Source of the DNA: Lama guanicoe
Lineage: Eukaryota
Direction of reading: 5' to 3'
NCBI GenBank assembly: GCA_013239625.1
Contig: MU053379.1
Span: 3,082,866 to 3,146,865, forward strand
Length of the DNA: 64,000 nt
Position numbers and translations under genes: made by a program
Part shown: in pieces, positions 1 to 13,700 of the stretch
How the letters are laid out: the number at the start of each line of letters is the position of its first letter
How positions within the stretch are numbered: position 1 is the stretch's first letter
Notes under the pieces: model-generated
What the model was told of the DNA's origin: nothing
The model's database searches: none
The model's input: only the letters and a program-made list of their open reading frames with translations

Positions 1-2169
1 ACATGGAGGAGAAGAACCACCCAGCTGAGCCCCAGCAAACCCGCAGAATTGGAAAGATGATGTGATAGTTGTTTCTAAGGTACTAAGTCTGGGAGTGCTT
101 TTCCTGCCATATGTAAGCAAAACAGACTCAATAAATTTCTCGGCTTCTCTAATGAGTACTTTCCTTAGCCAACATGCAGGACTCCTAATACACTGAGACT
201 CCAGAAGGCAAGGTGCCTGGAACACCCTCGTGGGGCACCAGTTCCTCAGTGACTGGGTTCATGTTGATAATTCTCTTTTCTTTGCGATGTAGCCCAGATC
301 ATCTCATCTATTTGTTGGTTACGTTCCACTTAGTGTTTTATTTTAAATTATGTGTAATATTTCTATAACTGTTTTTATTGACAAATCTCATGTACTCCAA
401 AAACAAGCCCATATTTGTATCTTTTTTCCCTCCCCCGTTGCTCATTGCAAAGTAAACATGCAGCATATACCGCTGAATTGAAAGTTCATTTCCAAAGACT
501 CCTTCATGCAGATAGGATTGTCTTTCAAGTCTAGCTCAAGGGACCAAGGGGCAATATTTACCTTAATTCAGTCTTACGTGTAATAGGTTAATCATCGAAT
601 GTTTCCTTAAAAGATAAAACACAAAACTGCAAATACGTACAAAAATAATAAAAATTTGTCAAGATAAAAGAAAACAGGAGTGAAAGTGGATAACAGCCAG
701 TGACCTGTGTGTCAGAGCTTGGTTCAGAGAGGAATCAGAGACATGCTGTAATGCCAGCGTGCTTATTAATAAAAGCTTCAGGCACTGAATGTATTTTTCA
801 GTGCTGTGGTTATATCTTTTGCTCACATGCCTCATGGTGGGGTTCGAGTTTGAAATGAGGCTGTGCACAACACAAATGAGGCCATCAGGTTTCCATGGGT
901 CTGTCTGAGGCCATCGACATCCCCTGGAGCACAGCCTTTCCTGGAATCAAAATATGAATTAGAGGGTTATCATACTGTCAATATGGGAGTGTTAGGATTT
1001 TTGACCGGGCAGGATAAGGACTGAGACAGAAGGAGCAATAGTCAACTTAATCTAAATACTCAGCAGCTGCTTAAGAGATAGGGGATAATCCGGTTCTGCT
1101 GCAGTAAAAACCAGCATACCTTTGAGCTTATGAATTACAAGTAGGGATGGCTGAACCTGCTTGGTCGAATACCTGCCAAATCTTTAAGCCCAAACCTAAT
1201 GCTTTGCTGGGGACTTTCTCTCCTCCCCTTGAGGATTAAGGTATTGCTTCTGAAGGCCCCAGAGTGTTCGAAAATCAAAGCTAATAGCTATCTCAGCATT
1301 TAAGGGGACCTTGGATTAAAGACAAATGGGGATTTAGGCAACATTAAGGGAACCTCAGACAGATCCTTGTGCAGCCTGGAAAAAGTGACTGGAGTATACA
1401 GAGGCCCACGCCCGGGGTTCTGTAGCCAGAGAATTCCACTGATGGAACGAGCGTCCCAGGCAGCGTAAGACAGGGTAGCAGCAGCTCGTGCAGGTCATGT
1501 GCATGCTGCGGGTCAACAAGAAGCTTCTGGAAACCAGCACTGCCTTCCTGGGCGAGCAGGGTGGCCGGCGCTCTGCTCAGCCTGCTTCCACATTTGTAAG
1601 CACAGAAAATGATGATAGTTGTCTGTCTGCTTACCTCACAGGGTGCTATAAAGCTCACTTGAGATGATGTATGAAAAAACGTGCTGGAAACAAGGTCTGA
1701 AACACTGTAAAAATGTGAGTTTCAGGTATGATATCGACATAGAGAGGCGTTAACAAAAAGGGACATGTGGAACCACCTTGCAAATCAAATGAATAAATGA
1801 ACGTGTGATTGACATCACGGTGAGGGGGTAGTAATGTGAGTCGTGGAAATTTGCACATGATTTTAAAGGAAACTGGATTGGTAAACTTTATCTTCTGGAC
1901 AGTTGGAAAAGCTTTTTTGGAGAATTGGAATTTGGGGGCTGAAAAGGAAGGGAGGAAGGGCAGATGAATGGGTGAAAGGGAGGGAGGGAGGACAGATCAA
2001 ATCAGCTAGAGTGAGGAGACATTTCAAGCACTGTGTACCAAGGTCAGGACAAGAGGGTGGGGAGAATCAAAGGACAGGCTGGGGAGGAGCAGCAGCAAGA
2101 GGCTCCAGCTGGGAGCATACAGATGCCTTCATCCTTTATCTCACTCAAGCTTCAGGAACCGCCCTACGA

Positions 2170-2310
2170 AGGAGGCGGTACCATCCCCACCTTATGGGGA
2201 ACAAAACTGAGGCTCAGGGAGCCTTATCTGCTCAAGGCTGCTCACTGGTAGATAGAAAGTAGATAAAAACTCAGGTCTTTCTGAAGCCAGAACTTATGTT
2301 CTTTTTCTTG
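2170..2310. mobile_element. MIR SINE relic (others at ~1600-1720, 3390-3550, 11500, 32810-32920, 50320-50430, 59380-59510)
   Basis: MIR core-like CCCCACCTTATGGGGAACAAAACTGAGGCTCAG. Confidence 0.6.
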
Positions 2311-2484
2311 TGCCTTGGATAATGGGAGGTCCCAAAAGTCCCAGTGGGGGTGGGGTTAGGGGTCAGGCTGTGGGGTGAAGTGGGAAAAATATGGTCCAAG
2401 CAATGGGTAGAAAAAATTCTTCCTACCCTACGATCTTATTTTTCTTTTGAGTGACCTAATTTTCTTCAAATTATTTTTTTAACC

Positions 2485-2560
2485 ATTTTTAAAGTTGAAG
2501 TATGGTTAATATACAATGTTGTATTAGTTTCAGGTGTACAGCAAATTATTTTAATATACT
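2485..2560 (-). mobile_element. Very short L1 3' tail
   Basis: TTGAAGTATGGTTAATATACAATGTTGTATTAGTTTCAGGTGTACAGCAA matches the other L1 tails in the window. Confidence 0.75.
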
Positions 2561-4462
2561 CATCTTCTAAATCATAGAACTTACCCATGTTTTGTTTTGT
2601 TTTCTTTCTCTCTCTCTGCAAGCAAAAAGAAAGAGAAGAGAATTGCCTTCAGGCTAACCTGCCCTTTTAAACACACAAGGAACAGCGTCTTAGCCCTCTC
2701 CTTCCCCACCCAAACCACCTCCTCTGGAAATAAACACATCGCCAACGCCAGAGCTGCTGAACGACCAGAATTACAGGACAATCAGCAGCAGGAAATGATA
2801 TTGCAAATACAGCTGCGGGCGTGATGCCGGCCTTGTCCAATTCCTCTTACAAAACTTCCTCTTACAAATATCCTGTCATAGCTGTGTGGTGACACCATTC
2901 GCCAGAATATCTCATAAGGGACAAAATAGCGAGCCCCTGGCTCTCATTATAATTAATTGGCTATAATTGAAGCTTTAAACAATCGGGATCATGATGTAAT
3001 TCCAACACAGGCTTCCTTTGATGAAATCTTCCCTGGGCTGCAGGAAATACCTCAGTGGGGAAGGATGCATGTACCAGTCACACAAGATAGACCGAAATGA
3101 CCAGTTCTAGTTTCTGCACCCATCTGCAGGCTCTTCTGCTGTAGCCCTGTTCTAAAGAGAACTCAGTTAAAAGCTGATTTCCATGAAAAATAAGCACAAA
3201 TCTTTCAAGAAGCACACAGTACATTATCACTCAGGATGTAAAGCCACGCTTTCAGGATTGAGGGCTCTCTCCCTGCGATTTCTTCAGATCTGGTGTTTGG
3301 GATCCTTGGTGACTATCAACACTGATTGCTCTTTTTTTTCCCCTCTCCTTTCTTTCCAACCAGAAGTCAGGTTGTGAAAATATTCTCACCATTATAGGAG
3401 TGAGACTGCCTAGGTTTGCATCCCAGCTTGGCCACTCCATTGCTGCTTTACTTGCAAGGTGATCTCATCTCTCTAAGTGGAAGTCTTCATCCTCAGAATG
3501 GGGACCATTGAGGTCTCTGAGCTCAAGCTATCCTTGAACTCTATGAAGACGTACAATCTGTGGATCCGACTGAGCCTTTGCTGCCCCTCAACCCCACACA
3601 CCTCTCCTTTCCCCTTTCCCCTGTCTAATTCCGCAACCAGTCGGTGTCACCACTCCCTTGCACAGACCCTCAGCCTCCTTTTCCCTCCTTCTTTTCTCTT
3701 GGCAACACCATAACCCTGGTTAAGTCCAGTGTGCCACCAACTTTGTGCTTGCAGCCGGGCCACCGAATGTGGCTGGACAGGAGCATACCCACACTAACTG
3801 GAATCCCTTTAAATCCATGATTCTGAGCCTCGAGTGAGTTCCTAATGCCGCTCGGTAAGCCCACGCCCTGCCCTGCCCAGCCCACTCACTCTCCCACGAA
3901 GAAAATGGAGGCAAGCAGGCAAGAAATTACCTGCGTTTATCCTGTGTTCATCCACTTTCCTGAATCCATGCCCTTCCCTTCTGTGACTGTGAGTGAACCG
4001 TCCATGCTGCAGCTAAGCCGTCTGCTCCACCTGTGCAGGGAGACACAAATGCCAGACCCTCTTATCTCTGTGGAACTGGCTCCAGCAGTGTTCTCCTTCC
4101 TCTGTTCGTCATCCATCTCCCCCTTTTTACTGGATCCTTCCCACCCACACATGTTCTCTCAGCTCCCATATCCACCAAAGCCCCCACCGACCCCACTTTT
4201 CTCTCCAGCCACTGCCCCATTTCACAAACCCACTTTTTAGCAAAACTCCTTGAACGAGTTGTCATTATCCGCCATCTACAGTTCAATCCCAATTCTTTCT
4301 TAAACCCACTCCATTTCAGCCCTGAGCTCACCACCTTTCAAGGTTTCCCGTGCGTTTTAAAGGATCAGCCCAGCGATCAGTTCTCAGCCATCCTTTTAGT
4401 TTGCCTACAGCAGCCTTTGACATGAGGGAGAACTTGCTTCTCTTTGAGAGTCTGTCTTCACT

Positions 4463-4980
4463 TGATGTTCCCGTTGCTAGTACAGTGTAACAGATTATCT
4501 CGAAATTTAAAAGCTTACAACAATGCACACAATTATTTTTCTCAGGAATCTGCACACTGGACAGGGCTTGGTGGGGACAACTGGTTTCTATTTCACTCCG
4601 TATCAGCTGGGGGGCCTCAGCGGCCAAGGGCTGGAATCGGCTGAGGTTCCTTCTCTCACGTGCCTGGTGCCCGGGCGGGGAAGACACTGAGGGGCTGGTG
4701 CGCTTGGGGTGCTCGGGAGTCTCTCTGTCTCTGTTTCTCTCTGTCTGTGGTCTCCCCAGCATTGCAGCATCCCCAGTAGAGTAGACAGTTTCTTTACATC
4801 CTTGGACCTTGCAAGTATCCCAAGAGAGGGGGCCAGGCTAAAACTGTATCACCTTGCCTTTTACCATCGAGCCTTGGGAGTCACAGTTTCATGCCCCACC
4901 TCCCAATAGAGCGGTATTAGCAGCACGTTGTAAAGGGAGGTAGTGCCGGGGCCATCTTTAAAAATGACACTGCACCGCAC
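4463..4980 (-). mobile_element. MaLR LTR (MLT1-like)
   Basis: TGTAACAGATTATCTCGAAATTTAAAAGCTTACAACAA…GGGGCCATCTT pattern. Confidence 0.7.
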
Positions 4981-5202
4981 TTGGCTCCTAGGACCCTACA
5001 TGCTCCCGGGCCTCCTCCTGTCTCAGCGGCCGCTCCTCCTCACCCAGGTCCTCTTGTTCCTCTGCATCATCTCCACTCCTTATACTTGGAGACCCCAGAG
5101 CTCTGTGCTTGGATGTCTTCATTTTTTTATTTTCTTCTCTTTCTTGGTGATCTCGAAGAGTCTCATGGCTTTCCATATTAACTATATTGTAACAACTCAA
5201 AT

Positions 5203-5709
5203 TAAAAAAAAATCGTATTGAAGTGTAGTTGATTTACAATGTTGTGTTAATTTCAGCTGTTACAGCAAAGCGATTCAGTTATACACACATATATGTCCTT
5301 TTTCAGATTCTTTTCCATTCTAGGCTATTACAAGGTACTGAATATAGTTCCCTGTGCTCTACAGTAGGACCTTGTTGTTTATCTACTTTATATATAGTAG
5401 TGTGTGTCTGTTAATTTCAACCCCTAAATTATCCCTCCCCCCTTCCCCCTTTGCTAACCACAGTTTGTTTCCTATGTCTGTGAGTCTGTTTCCGGTTTGT
5501 GAATAAGTTCATTTGTATCTTTTTTTCCTTAGATTCCACATATAAGTGATATCATATGATATTGTCTTTCTCTGTCTGACTTACCGTGATGTGATGCTCT
5601 CTAGGTCTACCCATGTTGCTGCAAATGGCATTATCTCATTCCTCTTATGCTGAGTAATAAATGCCGCATTGTACACATACACCATTTTTTATCCATTCAT
5701 CAGTCAGTG
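5203..5709 (-). mobile_element. L1 3' end inserted in an L2 relic
   Basis: Antisense L1 3' UTR (TATTGAAGTGTAGTTGATTTACAATGTTGTG…TAGATTCCACATATAAGTG); ACTCAAAT at 5195-5202 and 5710-5717. L2-like sequence on both sides (~5050-5190, ~5710-6030). Confidence 0.88.
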
Positions 5710-7380
5710 ACTCAAATGTGTATGTCAAGACTGAACCTCTCCCGTGTGTCTCCTCTTGGATGTCTAACTGGCATCTCAAACATAATGTATCAAAGACAGA
5801 ACTCCAGATCCCCCCACCCCGATGTGCTCCTGTCACAGCGCTCCCCACATGCTGATGGCAACCCCTTCACCAGGCGATCAGACTCAAGCCCGACCTCCGA
5901 CTGACTGTCTTCTGTCACGCCCCACATCGACTCGTTGGCAAACTCTGTTGGCTTTGCCTTCAAAACTCATCCAGAATCTGACAACTTTTTATATCTTACA
6001 TCTACTGTTCTGTTCCAAGCCACCTACACTCCTAACTTTCTCTGGCTTGATGCTAGAACTCTTTGTTGCTGCTCTGCATTCTGCCATCATTTCTACGGTC
6101 CAGCTGAGAACAATGGAGAAAGCATGACCGCGCAGTGTGTATGTTTCATAGCTGTTCTGGTGGCCTAGATGTGGGTTGCCTTTGCAGTCCCAAGCTGCCT
6201 CCAGGGGCTTGCAGCAAGGTGAACATCAGTGCCCCTCACCTGGTGCCCTGAGGCTGACATGGCTAGAGGCGGGTGGTCAAGGTTGTGTCCTGGGTGAGCA
6301 AAACCAGGACATTCTATTGCAGGGACTTTTAGCCAAATTCTGCACATGAGCCCACTTGGGAATCTGGTAGAAGACACAGACACCCTCCCCACAAAAGTCA
6401 GGTACATCATAGGAGAAGGACTTGAGGAGATCCAGAGCAGGGATCTGGCAGCCGTTCCTGAATTCCTATAACCAAAGCCCATGGGTGGAGACCCAGCTCC
6501 GTCAAGACCAAGCACTGGGGGCCACTTATTGAGTCAGTCATTCCCAGGCTTTGACGTCACTGTCACCCCATATTCATGGCCAGGGGTCGGAAACAGGGAA
6601 CAAGAATGGTCCCCTGAATGATCAAGAACTCACTCTTCAGAAAAGTACTTTGTAGTAGTGTTAATGACTCAACTAACTAGTTTTGTTTTAATCCTTGAGC
6701 TGTGAGGGAAAAAGCAATATATTGAGGAGGATGGCCCTGGTTCTGTGTGCTGTCTTTAAGCGTGCTACATCTGTAACCTCCTGGATTTAACAGTTACTTG
6801 ATTAGCTGATTATTTTAAAACATATTGACAAAAATAGAACCTGAATTATTTACACTAACACATCCAATTATTCCCCTGCTATTATTCCAGGATTTTAAAA
6901 GGAAGTACAAAAATAACAATTCTCTTTTGATGTGAGAAATTGCAAACAAGATTGTTGAAGAAGATCTCCTGGGCTTAGTAAAGCACAAATTGGCAGCCAG
7001 TCATCTGTCGTAAGGAATACTGTGAATCCAGGATCAGTCCTTATGAGTGAGTGTTGAAGTATTTTTCACCATCACGTACGCAATTATGCACACGGAGTGA
7101 AAACTGGGGCACAAGGTCTAGTTTGCTTCTTTACTGTGTATATTTTAAATGCACAGGAAGCGAGGATTTGCTGTGTATTTCAGCCAGCCACGCTGTTTGG
7201 TAATGGCCCGGGGCTTGCAAGACCTGATTGGAAGGATCTGTGTTTCTGCCCCACCCGCCAGAGGTAAAGTAGGCAGTTTACGGTTCCAGCGTTTTCGCAC
7301 CAAAGGCCTTTTTGGAGTCTATGCAATTTACTGTGCAGGTGCGTGCGATTCGGCACTAACATCAAGATGATAGCCCAGAG

Positions 7381-7622
7381 TTTGGGATTTGCAGATGTTT
7401 GCCACTATGCATAAAAATAGATTTAAAAAATCCAAAAAACAAAAACAAGTTTCTTCTGTCTAGCACAGGGAACTATGCTCACTATCTTGTAATAACCATT
7501 AATCAAAAAAATATGAAAATGATTATGTGTATGTATAAGCATGACAGGGACAGTGTGCTGCACACCAGAAATTGACACATTGTAACTGGCTGTACTTCAA
7601 TTATATATATAAAAAAAAAAAG
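7381..7622 (+). mobile_element. L1 3' end
   Basis: TTTGGGATTTGCAGA…TAGCACAGGGAACTA…CACCAGAAATTGACACATTGTAACTG…poly(A). Confidence 0.88.
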
Positions 7623-9004
7623 AAGTTGACAGCTGAACGTGTGAAAGGGAGGGGTTGGGGGCGGGGAGTGAGAACTGAATTTTTGTGAGCGTGAAAAGAG
7701 AACGGAGATAATGCAGTCATGCTGAGCCAGCGTCTCCCAGGCCCCTCCCACTGTCAGTAATGATGCAGCATTTGTGAAACCCAAGTTGCAGATGACAAAT
7801 AAGGGTTTTGAGGTCATGTCTCCGTTCAGAAACAATCTTAAGATGAAGATTTATGTGAAAGTGGTTTATTAAGGTGGTCTCCTGGGGGGATACCCTAAGG
7901 ACGTGGAGACACGTGGGGAGACGGGAGGAGGAAGCAAGGATGCCAGGCGAGGACGCAGGGGTTGGCAAAGTCCTGCAGGAGCTGACTTCAGCTGGGGCCC
8001 ACAGGGAGCTCTGGACGGTAAGTTGAACCTCAGAATTTGTTCCAACCTGAGAGAGGGAGCTGGGATTTCAAAGTCCCATACCCAACAGTCACTGGAGGGG
8101 AGTCCCTTCCCAGCTTTCCAGGATGCCTGCACGTCGGAGCAAAATGTTTCCAGTAGCGAGAGAATATGGCCCAGGTTGCTGGAAGAAGAAATTCACCAAA
8201 GTTTGAGGGTTCTGTGGGGAGTAGTGGGGCTGGCACATAAACCATGAGAAGAAAAGACCTCAGGGCAGAGGGTCCATGGTCACCTCAGCCTCTGGGAGCC
8301 CAACTCTGTGGCTTAGGAGGATGGGGGCTCGTCCAAGCCAAGTGGTAGAGTTCATCCAAAAATGACCACGAGCGAGCATTTTTATGATCTCTATAGAGAG
8401 AGTAAGCTGCTTACTCAGTTCTGGGCTCCATGGTGTGATTTTATCAGTCACTTCCTGGTTTTCTTGTCTGTCTGAGCTTTATCTAGTGCCAGATCTCTAG
8501 GGCAGAAGTTAAAAAATAAATAAATAAACTGAAAACAGTGATTGTGCGTGCAACTGAAAATAAACTAAAACTGTTCAGCATGCTCTGTGCACAGGACCTG
8601 TTAACAAGTGTTCTTGGCTTACTGGTAATCTGGGGACTTGATACTTCTTTTCTTTCAAATGGATGGCTGCAAAAGAAATTACAGTAGTTACAGCTTCAAG
8701 ATTAATGTAATAATTTGTCAACATTTTTTTCCATCCAACAGCCAGCAGAACACAACAACCAATAGATTCATTTTTAGCAACACAGTTGATGTTTTGCAGA
8801 AAAATGTTTAAAAATCTGAAAACATATTCAAGGGAAAATGTTAATCAACCTGTTCCTCACAAGATACTTTCAGAGCAAATATGTACAAGCAAATGTTACA
8901 GGATAATTATTTGTAATGAGATATGGACATTGTGGACAATAAGGTAATGAAAATACATATATCATAGAACATTCTATATGACCCAAAGCATTAATATCAA
9001 AAAG

Positions 9005-9150
9005 AACTAGCACAGGAAACTGTATTTAATATCTTGTAATAACCTTTAATGAATAAGAATATGAAAACAAATATGCGTATGTATGTGCATGGCTGGGACA
9101 CTGTGCTGTAACCAGAAACTGACACATTGTAACTGACTGTACTTCAAAAA
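9005..9150 (+). mobile_element. L1 3' end
   Basis: TAGCACAGGAAACTG…CCAGAAACTGACACATTGTAACTGACTGTACTTCAAAAA. Confidence 0.85.
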
Positions 9151-9420
9151 GAATCAGATAACTTGGACAGTGAGATTGCTTTCTGTATGGCTGAGAAATA
9201 AATCAGGTTTAGTAAAGATTATGCCTCTTCATTCTGAGGTTCTTATAAAACAAATTGGTTTATTAATTACCTAAAACAATTGTTTCGTAAATGTTGATCA
9301 AACTATTTGTGGATCATCTTTCTTTGTTTCCTTAGTTCCTTAAAATAGTACAGAATAATGTCAGATTATAGACGGATTATTTGCAAAATAGTCACCTTGA
9401 GCTGCCATTGTGTCCAGGTG

Positions 9421-9457
9421 TTTTTTGTTTTGTTTTGTTTTGTTTTGTTTTGTTTTC
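9421..9457. repeat. (TTTTG)n microsatellite; (CA/TG)n also at ~16119-16138, 23670-23689, 37493-37510
   Basis: Directly visible tandem repeats. Confidence 0.95.
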
Positions 9458-10099
9458 GCCTAACTCTTTAAAAATTATTTTACTTTATTTTTTAGTTATA
9501 ACTCATACAGCAAAGGACAAAAATATCAAGCATACAGCTTGATAAATAAAATTTTACACATCAGTGCCAGTGAAACCACCAACATATGGGATATTTTGAG
9601 TGCTCAGAAGACTATTTCGTGTCCTTTCTTAGGAGCGGCTGAAAGTACTCTCGCTTACATCGGCGTGGGCTGGTTTTGTCTGTTTGCTAACTTCAGAATA
9701 TAGCCTTTGTGTTTGATTCCTTTTGCCTAACGTAATGTCTGTGAAGTCCATGTTGGTGTGTTTCTCACTTTTTTAACTATATAATTTACTCTTAAAGAAC
9801 ACAAAAAAACCTGGATAATGAAGGCTCCTTTTTGTGTGAGGCAAATTGTAGAGTTAAAATTAAGCTAAAACGTCATGCTTTCATTTTCTGGCTCTAAAAG
9901 CCCCAGCATCTCAAGTCATCAAAGGAAACATAATGTTTTGAGATACCGTGTAAATTTTCAATAATTCTACTTGTAATTTCAGTAGGGTTCTCTATTCATA
10001 AATTCTTAAGTCAGAGAGCAGGTCCACTTCTGAACTAGAAGACAGATGAAAAGCTACGTGGCAGGTAACATTTTCATCACATAAATTGACTGACTTCTT

Positions 10100-10338
10100 A
10101 AGGGAAAGGGGTGGGAAGGGATAAATTGGGAGTTTGGGATTTGCAGATACTAACTACTATATATAAAATACATAAGCAACAAGGTCCTACTGTATAGCAC
10201 AGGGAACTACAGTCAGTATCTTGTAATGGCCTATAATGAAAAAGAACATGAAAAAAATGTATATATAACTGAATCACTATGCTGTACACCAGAAATCAAC
10301 ACAACATTGTAAGCTGACTCTACTTCAATAAAAAAAAA
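10100..10338 (+). mobile_element. L1 3' end
   Basis: G-rich tract, GGGAGTTTGGGATTTGCAGATAC…TACTTCAATAAAAAAAAA; imperfect TSD AAATT(G/C)ACTG(A/T)C(T/G)TCTT. Confidence 0.88.
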
Positions 10339-12758
10339 TTCACTGTCGTCTTGAGGCCGTAAGTGCCAATTAAACTTCCGTCTCATTTAATAAGCAATGC
10401 CCACAAGTTGATGTCTGAACAGCTATTTCCTATCCCGGCAACTCAGATGCAACTGATTAAAGAATAAGTGTCTTCCTTAGATGGTCGTAGAGGTGTTCAT
10501 CTGTTGTGAGGCAGAGAAGGACCTGAGGTTCTTTATAAACGATCCGAGGCCAAGACCTGCAAGCACAGATAAGGAACACACAAGTGCTGAACAAGGTCAC
10601 CCAGGGTGAGCCAGCAATCTGCAGAGAAGCTGGCTGGGGCAGCCGGCCCTCGGCTTTCCCTTTGGCTCCCTATCTTTTGGCAGCACTTCCTGGCATTGAA
10701 TTTCTCCGGATGGCATGGCTCGTAGCAAAAACCCTCCAAATGACTGCAGAAACTCAGCCTTTAACTGAAGTTCAAAGAACAGTCTTCACAAACACAGCAT
10801 CAAAATAACTTATTAATCAGCTAATGCATTCTGATCACACCGACTAGGGAATAAGGGGCAGGACCTCAACTCAAGCTAGTTCCGGCAGAACCTGCACACA
10901 TGCAGGAGGGTTTCTGGAAGGGGGGTAGCCAGAAGTGAACTTGCAGGAGCGTAGCGGGAGCATGCTTTAGATGTTTATAGCTGCTGGCACATTTTGCAAC
11001 AGTGCTTTGGGTAACTTCTGTTCCCCCTTCCTTCATATCTGGTTAGCACACAGAGCTGGCCCTCGGCCGTACCCTACCGTTGGTGACTTCTGTGCCACCT
11101 TGTGCTTTATGCCACATCTTCCCCAACGCACCTGCCCTGCATCTCTCCAGGAGGAGGATGGAGCATCTGAAACCCGGGGTAGCCACATTATTCCTTGTTT
11201 GCTGGGGCACTTCCTGAATGAAACAGGAACATACTTACAGGTGTCAAAATAAGATTCACCCAGGAGCAGTTTTTAGTTGAGATCTTATTCTAACCTAGAA
11301 ACCTTCGGCCATGGATTGTAAACCCAAAAGCCAGTGGGGGCTGTATAGGACCACGGGAAGTGGCGGGGACCTGCGGGGACCTGGCCCGCCCATCCTGATA
11401 AAAATGGCAGGAGCTACTCAATGAGTAAGTCAACAGTTTTCAAAATACACAATCTAGGGGCAGAAAGAAACTGAACAGACTGTTCCAGCAAACCTCTCTT
11501 TTCCAGATGAGGACAATGAGGTTCAGAAAGGTTATTTATCTTCTCAATGGCACAGCCATGAGTGACGGAGTCCCGAGCTTCTGGTAACCGTGTTCTCCCC
11601 CCGACACTGCAGCAGCACTTGTGTGCGCTGGGCTACCCCTTTGCTTTGCCTCCATCCCCTGCAGAGCCATCCCTCTCTCCTGTTCTCCTGCTCTGAGGCC
11701 TGGGTTACCTCATCTGGGCTCCCTTGTCTTCTGGACTCTGGCTGGATTTGGCCCGTGGCCGGCACGAGCCAGGGAGTGGCAGGCAAGGGAAGAGAGAGGT
11801 CAGGGCGTCTCGTCCCCGTTCCCCTCTGCTCTGGGCAGCGCTCCCTGGCAGCGGTTGTGCCCTCCGCAGCTGCAGTTTCTGCCAAAAGGCCCTCCTCCCT
11901 GGGGCGTTCTCACTGGGCCCCTGGGACCCTGGTCCTTCCCTTTGTCCCTTTAGGTCTTGCTCCATTGCGATGGGTCCCGGGGTGCTTCTTGGTCTCCAGG
12001 AGACCCTGCGTGTGCTACTGTAGAAGTTCCTTCATGAATCTACCTAAGTCAGACTATTTCCTGCCAGAAAAGTGATATCCACTTGTGTTTGAATACCTGG
12101 CTGAAAAGCTAAGAAAGGGTGAAAATCGGCTTTGCATTTTTATTTTTAGTGGAAAATGTGTCTTCTTCTTTGTTTTATATTCCACACGCAAACACTCCTT
12201 TGATATATTAAAAATCTATCCCCCAGGGTATATCCAAAAGGTCCATGAACATACAGGACATGCTGGGTTGAATCAGCCATTAGGGAAGTGCCAACTACAG
12301 CCCCCGTCAGAATGGCTAAACTGAAGGACGGAGGTGATGCCAAGTGCTGGTGAGGACGTGGAACAACTCGAGCGCTCATGAGCTGCTGATGGAAGTGTCA
12401 ACGGACACACCACCACCCTGGAGAACAGCTGGTTCTGTGGAGTAAAGCTGAGCACATACACACTCTGTCATCCAGCAGCACCACTCTAGTACACTTACTG
12501 GAAAAGAGCACATACGCGCACCAAAACACATACGCCAGGACACTCACTCGTAACAGAAGGATCTGTGACAGCCAAACAAGACGACCACATTCCCAGCAAC
12601 AGCGGAAAGAATTATGACCTACTCACATCACAGAAGTGCAAACAGCAACGGAAAGGAACCGTGCAAGTATCACAGGTGAGATGTGGCATGAAAGAAGCCG
12701 TACTCAAAAAGCACAAAAAAAGAAAAGTTCACCTCTGCTGTTAGAAGTCAGGGTCTGA

Positions 12759-12905
12759 AGGGGAGGGTGTAGCTCAGTGTAGAGCACGTGCTTAGCATGC
12801 ATGAGGTCCTAGGCTCCACCCCCAGCACCTCCACTAAAAACAAATAAATAAACCTAATCCCCCTACAAATAAACAAACAAAAATTAAGAAAAAAAAAAAA
12901 AAGAA
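12759..12905 (+). mobile_element. tRNA-derived SINE (camelid-like)
   Basis: GGGGAGGGTGTAGCTCAGTGTAGAGC (A box), degenerate B box, AAATAAACCTAAT body and A-rich tail. AGAAGT(C/T)AGGG lies near both flanks. Confidence 0.9.
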
Positions 12906-13209
12906 GAAGAAGTTAGGGAACAGGTACCTTAGCTGGAGAGTAATGTTTAGGGACTGGTAATGTGCTGATTCACCAGCCTGCTGGTGACAAGGGTGTGTTC
13001 AGTCATCTTTTTATACTTCAATAAATGTTATTATACTTCAATAAAACCCTCTCCCCATTCAAGTCTATACGCCAGCAACCACCCGAGTCAACATAACACA
13101 CTAATTCTAACCAGAGGGGGTGTTCAGATCCTGCAGAAATGTCACCCTCACTGGTTTTAAGCAAAATGCAATGTCAAAAGCTGATATTTTAAAAATTACT
13201 GTCATGTTT

Positions 13210-13700
13210 TGATGGGGTTTAGGACACACCACCCCAAACATAGCACCTTGGCATATCGAATACCTTAAGCTGAAGGAGTCTGAGAAAACGGCAGAGCCAG
13301 CAAGGTCACGCTGCCCTCCCACCTGCCCTTCCTCCCGGGAGCAGGCCATAAAGCCCTCACGGGAGAGGTGTCCTCCCTGGACCTGGAAGAGAGAAGCATC
13401 CTTTTCTCTGAAAACAAAGGGCCACTGAAAGGAATCCTAACAAACAGGCCTCGCTAAGTTCCCCACAGTTTATTAGAATTCCTCATACTCCTTCATCTAT
13501 CGTTTTCCTCCAAGACTTTCCACGCATCACCAAACCTGGCACCAAAGTGCATAGATCTGTTGCTTTGGGTACTCATTTCCTTATAAAGGCTCCCATGTCC
13601 TGTGGAACGTATATGAAATAAACCTGCATGCTTTCTCCTGTTCATCTTTGTCAGTTGCATTTTCAGATGCAGCCAGGGACCCTAAGAGAATGGCTAGATA
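13210..13700 (+). mobile_element. ERV1 LTR, MER34/MER39-like
   Basis: Begins TGATGGGGTTTAGGACACACCACCCCAAA..CACCTTGGCATA..AAGCTGAAGG, typical of the MER34 group. AATAAA near 13617; 3' end approximate. Confidence 0.7.

Noticed and set aside
1344..1600. Possible processed pseudogene fragment
   Set aside because: No frame gives a recognisable protein, and there is no poly(A) or TSD.
12759..12835. tRNA-like A/B boxes (also 28210-28287, 45820-45895, 63260-63335)
   Set aside because: These are SINE heads followed by SINE body, A-rich tail and TSDs, not tRNA genes.
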